A stretch of 51,169 bases of DNA. Origin: Octopus sinensis. Its lineage: Eukaryota. Position 1 is the first letter of the stretch. Every line of letters begins with the position of its first letter. Under the pieces are notes generated by a model. The model searched no databases. It saw only the letters and a list, made by a program, of their open reading frames with translations, and was not told the DNA's origin. The position numbers and the translations under genes were made by a program. The stretch covers positions 1 through 51,169 of the forward strand of contig NW_021834337.1 in NCBI RefSeq assembly GCF_006345805.1, read 5' to 3'. This document shows, one piece after another, positions 40,649-51,169 of the stretch.

Positions 40649-41700
40649 TGCATATTTATATAAAAAAATAAATACATACCTATCAGTTGATATATATACA
40701 TGCATGTGTGTGTATGTGCGTGTGCGCATAGGTGTGTGTGTTTGTATACAGTTCGTGAAAGAGGGAAGTTTCGTATGTCGTTAAGTCAGGTACTTTATCG
40801 ATATTTCGGGTACAAACTCTTTGAAGAAATTATATATTTATTGGCTGGTTGTCGAAGCATGCTAGGAAAGTAGTGGAGGAGAAAATGGCCAGATATGAAC
40901 TTAGTGACGTAAAGAAAAATATTTTTAAAAAAAGCCTTTTTATTTGCTAAATATATGCAGAAATGGCTGCGAAGTAAAGGAGTTTGTTTCGGATCCTTAT
41001 TGTTATCAGTTTGATCCTATTCCGAAGTACTTAGGGTAGAGCAAAGCCATGTATGTGATATTTAGGGATCTAAACATATGGGCACGTCGCTCGGCAACTG
41101 AAGAAAGTCAAATCATTCTCGAACACGTCACTGTTTTTGCTGCTTTAAATTTTAGCTACGCCATTTTGATTTCTTACTGAGTTCACCAGCAAATAGTTTT
41201 TTTTTTTTTTACCGCCACCAATTATCTCTTATTAAAATTACTCTGCCGTGTAAATGAGCACAGAGCTGTAATATTTTGATCTTCGCTAAGCTATCATCAC
41301 ATTATTTCAACTGTGCGTATTTATACAAACTGTCGAGATATTCCGTTACCAAGGAGCTGTTTATCTGCATACATACATACATACATACATACATACATAC
41401 ATGAATATATGCATACATAATTGGAGCACTTGGTTTTGTAAGTAAATGCCTAACTAAGTTTGGATAAGCTTGGATTTTCAGAAAAAGAAATCAACCAACT
41501 GGCTCGAACATTACAAATACAAATTGTAAGTGGAACAGTAATACTATGCAAGATTTTTCTCAAGTTTAAAATGTGACATTGTTTTCGTTATCTACACTTC
41601 AAAGATGGACATCTGTATCTTTGTTAGAAACCAACTCCTTCAGAGGAAGTACTAAATAATTAAAAACAGAACATACATACATACGTACGTACATACATAG

Positions 41701-41747
41701 ATACATACATACACACATACTTACATGCATGCTTAGATACACGCATG

Positions 41748-41796
<49 letters not shown>

Positions 41797-41973
41797 ATAC
41801 ATACACATACATGCATCCATCCATCCATCCATCCATCTATACTTACATACATACATACATACACACATACTTACATGCATGCTTAGATACACGCATGCTT
41901 ATATATATATATATATAAACACATACATACACATACATGCATGCATCCATCCATCTATACTTACATACATACA
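41701..41973. repeat. Local duplication of a composite microsatellite unit (starts 150 bp apart)
   Basis: ACACACATACTTACATGCATGCTTAGATACACGCATGCTT(AT)n occurs at 41711 and 41861. Confidence 0.9.
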
Positions 41974-42708
41974 TCACACCAAGTCAACCACATACGGGAA
42001 CTCCCTTAACTCAGAAAGACTTGTTGCTTTGCGTTGTGGAAGGATTCCGACCGCCCCTCAAGTGACTAAAATGTGGACCGACTCGTTATTATAAAGTAAT
42101 GTGAGCGATAGGCATTTCGGGTTGGTAAGCCGTTCACTGTGGGTTTTTGCTAGAGAGTGTTGAATCTCGTGTAATAGTAATAGTTGTGTGTCGTGTATAT
42201 AATTCCTTCCCCACTGTTTCATTATATTATATATCCAATACAAGGATATTAAACTTTGTTAACAATCGGCTTGAACTCTCAAGAACTTAGATTAAACTCG
42301 AAGAAAAATAATACATATAGTGTTGGACCATTTTGGCACAATCAGTTGTCATCTGGATCACCAATGAGCTGATAAAAATGCATTTGCGGATTAGTGATGG
42401 GGAGCTTGAAAATCCAGCATCCAAGATCCGTTTTCATACCAAGAACCAATTTCATACCAATTATTATTAGAACAGTTGACCTGGAGCAAAGTATGGCTGA
42501 AGGTGGTCCATAGAGAGAATACAACTCTTTAATCCAAACCCTACAAATGATCCCGATATCTGTGACAACAAGCATCTGTAAGGCCTTCTTAAGATTTAAG
42601 GAATGATGATGAAAACAAGATGCTTATTTTACGGCCACAAAAACAGGAGGCAGGTAAAAATTAACTCTATATTAAAATTAGAGAAAAAGAAAATCTCTAT
42701 CTATTTAT

Positions 42709-42800
<92 letters not shown>

Positions 42801-42834
42801 TTATCTATCTAACCATCCATCTATCTATCTACCT

Positions 42835-43064
42835 ATTTCTTTATTACCCACAAGGGGCTAAACACAGAGGGGACGAATAAGGACACACAAACGGATTAAG
42901 TCGATTACATCGACCCCAGTGCGTAGCTGGAACTTAATTTCTCGACCCCGAAAGGATGAAAGGCAAAGTCGACCTCGGCGGAATTTGAACTCAGAGCGTA
43001 ACGACAGACGAAATACAGCTACGCATTTCGCCCGGCGTGCTAACGTTTCTGCCATATCGCCGCC
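42835..43064 (-). mobile_element. Full-length young family-B SINE monomer with 16-bp TSD
   Basis: Reverse complement of the 34516-type element; ATCTATCTATCTACCT at 42819-42834 and 43065-43080. Confidence 0.93.
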
Positions 43065-43514
43065 ATCTATCTATCTACCTGTCTGTCTGTCTGTCTAGAT
43101 TGCCCGAGGTTTCTCCTTCGGTATCAACGATGAGGATTCAGATGTTCAATGAAGTGAATTATCTGCTCATTGAACTAACATATGAGTGGCTGAATATTCC
43201 ACAGCCAAGTAAACTGTTAACGTAACTTTCAGGCTGCGCATGACACAGCGCGTGTGACACAAGACTGAACCATTGAATTACAGTCCATCCGACGGACTCC
43301 TATAAGGTTTCCTTTAAAACTCCCGAAGCCAATGCCACTCGCAATTTAAAAATCGATCCGAGGAAATTAAAAAAAATAACATCTGCCCAAGATGAAGAGC
43401 GGTCTGATCGAACCCAGGATCTCATTGCAGGAAAGCGAACCACTTCCTCACTCGGCAATGGTGATAATGATGGTAGTTTCTCCTAGTCAGCGAAAGACGA
43501 TTCTGCAATTTATA

Positions 43515-43730
43515 GTGCATGTGTTTCGTCCCCACCATCGTTTGACAACCGATGCTGGTTCTTTTACATTCGCGTAACATAGCGATTCGGCAAAAGAGAA
43601 CGATGCAATAAGTACCCAGCTTTAGAGAAATTAGTACTGTGGTCGATTCATTCGACTAAAATTTCTTCAAGGTGGAGCCCCAGCATGGCCGCAGTCTCCC
43701 CACTGAAGTAAGTAGGACATGAAGATAAAG
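43515..43730 (+). mobile_element. 3' half of a family-C SINE
   Basis: CCCCACCATCGTTTGACAACCGATG...CGTAACATAGCG...CCCCAGCATGGCCGCAGTC. Confidence 0.8.
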
Positions 43731-44250
43731 GTACAAGAAACATGCCCGAAGACAAAATATTGTACTGTCATATTTCTTTAACTATGTCACAGCTGTCATC
43801 AGTTTTTGCGGTAAATGTTCAACAGGTATTTCACCATATATTTATTTAAATCATTCTCATGAATTTATTATAAGCCTTATTATTCAGGAAATTTCCCGTA
43901 AGCTTTTCATATTTCATTATTTATTTTGTAAGTTCTATCTTTAAAAACAAAATGTTAGGAAATGACTCTATAATCTATACTTGAATGTTTGTGTGTGTAT
44001 ATGTGTGTGTGTGTTTGTGTGTATGTGTATATGTGTGTGTGCACTTGTGTGTGCGTTTGTGTGTGCGTGTATTTGTGTGTGTCTGTGTCTGTGTCCTTAT
44101 GGATGTACATTTGTGCATATGCTTTTATATATGCAGACACACAGGGACACACACACATGAATATGTATGTATGTATGTATGTATGTATGGATGGATAGAT
44201 GTATGCATGCATGCATGTATGTATGTATGTATGTATGTATGTATATATGC

Positions 44251-44281
<31 letters not shown>

Positions 44282-44639
44282 TGTATGTATGTATGCATGC
44301 ATGTATGTATGTATGTATGTATGTATGTATGTATGTATGTATGTATGTATGTATGTATGTATGTATGTATGTATGTATGTATGTTTAGTTCTCTTCTGTT
44401 TTTACTTTATTTTAATTCTTCTGTTGAAGGAGCTGGTTTCTAACATAATGACAGAGCTCTGTCGTTGGAATGTAGATAACGAAAACAACGTCACATTTTA
44501 AACTTGAGAAAATACTTACATATTCTAACCGTTCCACTTAAAAATTGTATTTGGAATGTGAGAGTTGGTTGATTTCCTTTTCTCAAAAATGGAAGCTTAT
44601 TCACACTGTCAGTTAAGCATTTACCTTTGCATGTTTGAC

Positions 44640-44671
<32 letters not shown>

Positions 44672-44856
44672 TGTATGTATGTATGTATGTATGTATGTAT
44701 GTACATCTGTATGTATTTATGTATGTATGTATGTATGTATGTATGTATGTGTGTATGTGTATGTATGTATGTATGTATGTATGTATGTATGTATGTATGT
44801 ATGTATGTATGTATGTGTGTATGTATGTATTCCACACATGATTTTATGTATGTATG

Positions 44857-45710
44857 TACATATATATTTAAGAAGCTTTGAGACTTTTTCAGGAGTGACA
44901 TTTATTAATTTCAAAGAAGTGCAAAACTGTAATCGCCTTCGAAGTAGAATCCTCTGACTTCAATACACCTGTAGTGCTCCATCCAAATTGTGAAACTTCG
45001 ATGAAAGTCTCTCGAAGTTAAGGTGTCCAGCATACATCATCATATCCTTCAGCTTTTGAGAACAAACAAAAGGCATACGAAGCAAGATTTGAGCTGTTAC
45101 GAGGTCACGAGTGTGCGGGGCAGTTTTTGTGATCATCTCTGACAAGAAATTGGTGACTGGAATGTACTTCCAAATTGGTGCAATGTCCTAGTGGAGTTGC
45201 TGTGGCCTTTTGCGAAGAAACCTATTTCTGAACTCCTTCACAACCGGTACAAATTACTCTTTTTGACAGCCATAAAAGGACCCGATGGCTGAAAGGATAT
45301 CCTTGTTGTCGAAAAAGGGGATCATTATGCGTAACTTAGTCGACTTGCTTTGCCCGGCATCGTGTACGAGTCAATTCACAAGCAGTCTTGGACATTACAT
45401 AAGTCTCTGTAGCGTTTTCGCGCAGTTTATCAAGAAACTTCATGGCATGGAGAACTTCCAAAGTTTCCAATGTTCTTCAGGTCACGACTGCATTCTGAAA
45501 AACTAGTCAGCCGTGAGAAACAGTATTTAGCATGGTGTGTTCAAAGTGCTGTTACAGCTATCTCTTTCAATTTCGAATAGAAGAATAAAAAGATTCAAAG
45601 GCCAGATTATTAGATGTATAGTAATGATATATTAAAATTACAATTTTCTAGGACAGGGATAACACCCTCTCTTTAAAAAGACTGAAAACGTCTCAACTGC
45701 ACTTCTTGTA
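44857..45710 (-). pseudogene. Internally deleted, decayed mariner transposon
   Basis: Minus-strand peptides AMKFLDKLRENATETY, QSKSTK..MIPFFDNK, EFRNRFLRKRP, LH*DIAP (HQDNAP), KTAPH and CIEVRGFYFEGD; degenerate terminal repeats ending in TA. Confidence 0.88.
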
Positions 45711-46195
45711 TATGTGTGCGAGTGTGCGCGTATGTATCTATGCATAGATATATACATATACACGTATATATATATATATATATACATATAGGGAAAACAG
45801 TTGTAGCACAGACTTCAAAACGATAGGTTGGGAGTTTCTATCATCGTAACGCGTGCTGAAGAATCTTGGTCTTACTTTGCCAGTGCAGGAACCAGTCCAC
45901 CTGAGTCTAGATACTTAAATGTATGTTAGTAGATTGTCTTAACCTGTATTTGCCTTTGTTTGATTTCTGTAGTTTTCATCAGCGTATTTTTGGCGATTTG
46001 ATAAGAGTTTTGACTGTTATTTGAAGCAGGTCGACATACTTAATATGTCCTTTGATTAATTCTAATCCCTCGGCTATTTAATGCTATTTTAGGCCTGCTA
46101 TTCCGTGTGTCGTTGATTCTGTTATTGTCATTTTTTAAAATTGTTACATTGGATAATAATAGAATTAATGACACCTTCGTAAATTAATTTATATA

Positions 46196-46241
<46 letters not shown>

Positions 46242-46430
46242 CAATAAGAAAATGGAAAAACTAATTAATTTGTTCATCAACTTACGGATATTATAATGTT
46301 GGATTATTTATTCATTTAACAAATGAGAACATCAAAGCATACAAAATATTATATAAATCAATAGATAAGATAATAATGCAAATACAGATTTTAAAAGTCA
46401 TATTATAAATCAATGAAATCCTAAAATGAC

Positions 46431-46565
46431 TTCTTACAGCTGTTTCAGCCTATGGTCAAAAGTGAATCTAATTTTCATTGCCTATAGATGTCAACATAAT
46501 AAGGTTGTAGGCATTTAAAAATATAATACTTATATGGTAAAAGAACTATAGGACTCGTCAGAGGT
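46431..46565 (-). ncRNA. Hammerhead-like motif with ~110-nt extended helix II domain
   Basis: CTGACGA-GTCCTATAG...GACCATAGGCT-GAAA-C-AGCT-G-TA: intact core and palindromic ACAGCTGT; helix I weak. Confidence 0.6.
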
Positions 46566-46744
46566 TATAATTAACTTTAAAAATATTAATAATATTAATA
46601 TACTACACATGATGCACGTATTACATAATATATAAAAATAATATACATATATATATATATATATATATAATATATATATATATATATAATATATATATAT
46701 ATAATATATATATATATATAGATATATATATATATATATATGTA

Positions 46745-47037
46745 TATATATGTTAAAAGAAATGAGGTACTCAGAAATCCGGATGGTTTTATATTTACAG
46801 ATATTTATTAGTATGTTACATGCTTTTATAAATCATACATTAGCGCTTTCGACTATTCTAGTGGAGACTTCAAATTGAACTAGTTCAATTTGAAGACTCC
46901 GCTAGAATGGACGAAAGCGCCAATATGTGATATATGATATAAGTTATATGATGTATAAAAACATGTAATATACAAATAAATATCTGTAAATATTAAATCA
47001 TCCGGATATCTGAGTACCTCATTTCTTCTAATATATA
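46745..47037. repeat. ~290-bp spacer-less imperfect palindrome next to (TA)n
   Basis: Axis at TTCAAATTGAACT|AGTTCAATTTGAA (46881/46882); outer arms AGAAATGAGGTACTCAGA and TCTGAGTACCTCATTTCT; the right arm has a small extra segment. Confidence 0.93.
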
Positions 47038-47063
47038 ATACCTGTACATCATCTCCAAACCTT

Positions 47064-47097
<34 letters not shown>

Positions 47098-47736
47098 CTT
47101 TGATATTTTACACCGCCTTTCAGTGTGTTTTGGTTTCTGTTCTGTGCTGGTCTTGAAGATATATTGAGCAGGACAGAGCGGCATCTTTGTGCCTGCGTGC
47201 CGCGATGTATGTTCATCTAGTATCTCAGATAAAAAAAATATTTCCAGACGCTCTTTGAAGACAACCACACCTGCATCTCGCAGATGTGATTAGCAGAGTC
47301 TGTAATGTAGTAGCAAGTACGATAAATTATATAGCGTATAATTGAAAATGATAGCCTATGATATAATAACTAAGAATAATTACTCATAAATATAGAACTA
47401 TTTAGTAAGGTTGTTCGAAGCCTAACGTGGAGGTCAGAAGAGAAATGAAATATCGCAGTATGAATTGTCTAGGTGTATTAATGAACAGAGAGACACTTGA
47501 AAGTCGACTACTTGGCAGCCAGAAATTTGAAACACCGAAGTGAAAAAGTACGTGAGAGTAATATAGTATATTGAGTTGATATAAATATGCAGTAGGCGGG
47601 TGTATTAGGTTGATCCAGGTATATGGATTTATGGATTAATTTTTAACGTTCAAATATTATGGAAGAATAAGGGTTGAGGGAGGTAATTAGCGAGTTGTTT
47701 ACTCAGTTCATGGAATTACACATATTACCATAAAAC

Positions 47737-47810
47737 GGGCATATGGTGTGGTGGTTAACCCAAGATTCCATGTTCGATTCCAGGCAGTGACCTGAATAAT
47801 AATAATAACA
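47737..47810 (+). mobile_element. Second copy (internally deleted) of the tRNA-like head seen at 26176-26250
   Basis: GGGCATATGG...GGTTAA...CCAAGATTCCATGTTCGATTCCAGGCAGTGACCTG(AAT)n. Confidence 0.85.
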
Positions 47811-47863
47811 GTAATAATAATAATAATATAATAATAATAATAATAATAATAATATAATAATAA

Positions 47864-47894
<31 letters not shown>

Positions 47895-48025
47895 AAGAAG
47901 AAGAATTATAATAATAATAATAATAATGATAACGGCGGTGCATCAGCATGGCCGCGGCTCTGAGCTGAAACTAAAAAAAATGTACCTATATCTATACATA
48001 TGTATACACACACACACACACACAA

Positions 48026-48106
<81 letters not shown>

Positions 48107-48216
48107 TGTGTTTGTGTTTGTGTGTGTGTGTGTGTTTGTTTGTGTGTGTTCGTGTGTGTGCGCGTGTGTGTGCATTTGTATACACACACACGCAGGCATA
48201 CATGCACACACACATA

Positions 48217-48847
48217 CAATGTTTGATCAATAAGTATCCGGACTGTTGCCATAGTAAGGAAGCTAATGTTCGGAGAGTAAAAACGTTTCGCATAGATTGT
48301 CCTTGAACTCTGCTGTGCATGCGCACCAAGTACTTGCTCACTTTTGCTGTTTACAGCAGTGCCAGGAAGTTATGTGTGTAGCGTGTAATAATCGCATTGA
48401 CCATGACAGAAAAAAACTGAGGTGAGAATCTGCATCAAACTTTGCCAAAAGTTTTGCGATACCTGTTCAGAAGCCTACGCAAAGTTTTCAAGAAGTTTCA
48501 ATCGTTCTCGAAAGAACTATGGAGATCTTGCGCAACGGAAACACGAATATCTTTTTGGTCAGCTTTTGGCACAAACTTGGCAGACTCGCATCTTACACCT
48601 AAATCTTCAGTTGGACTCTGAGCAGGTTTCTCCATGAAAACTTTAGCTGTCAATCTCAAAGCGATGACCACATGCTACACATCTTCCTTCCAAGCACTGC
48701 CGCAAACAGTGGAAGTGAGCTACAACGTTAACACTTAGTGCCCATGTACAGCAGTGTTCAAGGTCAATCTATGACAAGCGGCTTGACTCTGCGTACCATA
48801 GCTTCGCTACTATGGCAACAGTCGGGATACCTATCGACTAGACTTCG
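48217..48847. mobile_element. Mariner-derived foldback MITE made of two inward-facing 5' ends, TA-flanked
   Basis: ~200-bp imperfect inverted arms (GTATCC.GACTGTTGCCATAGTA). The left arm encodes RICIKLCQKFCDTCSEAYAK; the right arm (minus) encodes EDLGVRCESAKFVPK and QKDIRVSVAQDL. TA at 48215-48216 and 48848-48849. Confidence 0.9.
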
Positions 48848-49408
48848 TATGTGTGTGTATGTGTGTTGTAGTATATATATTATATATATATATATATTAT
48901 ATATATATATATATATATATGTAATAATATATATTATATGGTGGAGAGAGAGAGAGAGTTGAAAAGGAGTTAAGAGTGCATACAAACCGAAAATACGTTT
49001 AAAAAGTAAAGAAAGTGGGAAAAGACACAAAAGTACATTTTAGAGATTGTTTGATATTTTGTATATATATATATATATATATATATATGCATACATACAC
49101 ACATATATATATATGTATATATATATATATACGACGTATGTATATGTATATATATAACATATAAATATATGTATGTATATATGTATATATATATGTATAT
49201 ATATATATATGCTTGTATATATATATGTATATATAATATATATATATGTATATATATATATGTATGTATATATACATATGTATATAGCAAATGAAAGACA
49301 TAAGTTGGAATATACGAGAATATATTATTAATCTCTCTCTCCCTTTCTCACTGTCACTTATATATATATATATACACATATATATACATATAAAAATAGA
49401 TAATGGTA

Positions 49409-49474
<66 letters not shown>

Positions 49475-49598
49475 ATGTATTTATTTCTAAATATATATAC
49501 GCGCAATCTTCTGCGTGTCAATAGGAAAATATTTATAGATAAATACTTGGTAAAAGAGGGCCTTGATGACTATATAAAGAATAAATAGAAAGAAGTCC

Positions 49599-49629
<31 letters not shown>

Positions 49630-49735
49630 TATGAGCAAGTGTGTGTGTGTTTGAAAGAAAATACGTGGGAGAAGAAATGAATGACGGAATGCTGATGATT
49701 GAATATAAGTGATCTACCTATCCATCCATCCACCC

Positions 49736-49819
<84 letters not shown>

Positions 49820-50423
49820 GTCTATTTGTACATACATACATACATGCACATCGTATTTGGGGACGGTCATGTTGCCAGTTTAGCCAATGAATACACACGC
49901 ACCACATAGTTGGTGTTCACTTGCTTCAGCTTTATTTTATACTAAGATTATTTCGGCCAGAGATTTTTTCACACATTTTTGACCTCATTCGTGGTCCCTC
50001 TCGTCATACTGTTTTATGTCTCTCCTTCCTAACGATCTGCCATTTTGTATTCCTGTTGTGTGTGTATATATATATATATATATCGTAGAAATATGTTGCA
50101 AAAAGAAAATATAAAATACACGTGGAGATGTAAGGGGAAAATAGGAAAAATCAACGAAAATGCCCATTGTAAATAAAAAAAGAAAAGGCTTTTTATGAAA
50201 AGTAACGACAGATATATACATTTAGATGGACTGAGGTAGTAATAAAAGTCATAAAAATCATTATTATGAGATGATTAGAAAGTCAGAAAACAAAGCATAC
50301 CATGGTTTCCGGAAAATTATATATATATATATATATGTAGGTCCCGGGTTGAGTCGGGGTTAACCACAGTAAATAAGGTACTCAATACATAGCAGAATAA
50401 AGTAATTTATTTTATAGAAGGAG

Positions 50424-50470
50424 CTTCTACAGGACTAGAACTGTTTCATTCAGATGAAATCTTCAGGAAG
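50424..50470 (-). ncRNA. Near-complete type I hammerhead ribozyme motif in a (TA)n-flanked ~135-bp insert (50337-50471)
   Basis: CTTC CTGAAGA tTTC(atct)GAAt GAAA CAG(ttctagtc)CTG TA GAAG: helices I and III paired, GUA cleavage triplet, U-U mismatch at the base of helix II. Confidence 0.7.
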
Positions 50471-50993
50471 ATTTATATATATATAATATATATATTATAT
50501 ATTATATATATAATATATAGGAGAGAAAAAAGAGAGACATGGAGAGAAAGAGAGAGAGAATTTGTGTTTGTGAGTGGGACTCTTATAGCCAATTTTTGCT
50601 GCTGATACTATAGCTATGTTTAATTCAGAGAGATTAGAAGACGCGACAGGGATAAAATGGAGTGGAGTAATATATTGTTATGATATTTAAAATGTTTTAA
50701 CATGTGTATTGATGAAGAATATGCATATTTCCAGGAAGTAAACGATCTGAAATCTAAGGAAAACTTTTAGTACTAAAAAGGCTACATTTAAATTTAGAAA
50801 CGGATTGTCCTATTTTCACGTGTGTATTTCTAGCTTGGTCTTTAGTTTACACAATATTCTCTTTCTAACAATCTCTAGAATGTGTTTATTTATAATAATG
50901 AGGGGAATTAGTACAGAAGCTAGGGATGGAAATATTTTAATCCAGGTTAACTAGGTTAAACTGTTGGCGATTGAAATATTTCTGGGTGCAATG

Positions 50994-51028
<35 letters not shown>

Positions 51029-51169
51029 ATAATATATATATAATATATATATTATATATTATATATATTTCAAACATGTTGAACACTTAGGCCGATACTG
51101 TACGAATGCAAGTATAATTTTTATGCTGCTATCACAACACTATATTATATAAAAAGCAGGCCAAGTTTC

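Noticed and set aside
42340-42660. Complex unique-looking segment as a possible exon
   Set aside because: The plus-strand frames I read are interrupted by stops, and the 77-aa minus ORF resembles nothing I recognise.

Overview
AT-rich, microsatellite-saturated eukaryotic DNA that looks intronic or intergenic. I found no credible host protein-coding exon, and nearly all listed ORFs are translations of (TA)n, (ATAC)n, (ATCT)n, (CA)n or (GAT/AAT)n tracts. The repeat content (tRNA-headed SINE families, RTE and Tx1 LINE relics, mariner relics) looks like an octopod cephalopod genome; this is inferred from repeat style and not verified. Supported elements: a young 5'-truncated BovB-like RTE with a 10-bp TSD; a decayed RTE reverse transcriptase inside an apparently exact 1395-bp tandem duplication; an internally deleted Tx1/L1 ORF2; two mariner derivatives; a bipartite RTE-derived element; and many SINEs. 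The most interesting signals are three. (1) One SINE family recurs at three loci as head-less concatemers joined at the identical junction AAAGAAATA|GGTATTTC, suggesting self-targeted (homing) insertion or a circular template. (2) There are several Penelope-type minimal hammerhead ribozyme motifs, one of them fused to a tRNA-derived Pol III head. (3) Three spacer-less palindromes next to (TA)n tracts have their symmetry axes on or beside hammerhead remnants. Family names come from remembered motifs and were not checked by database search.
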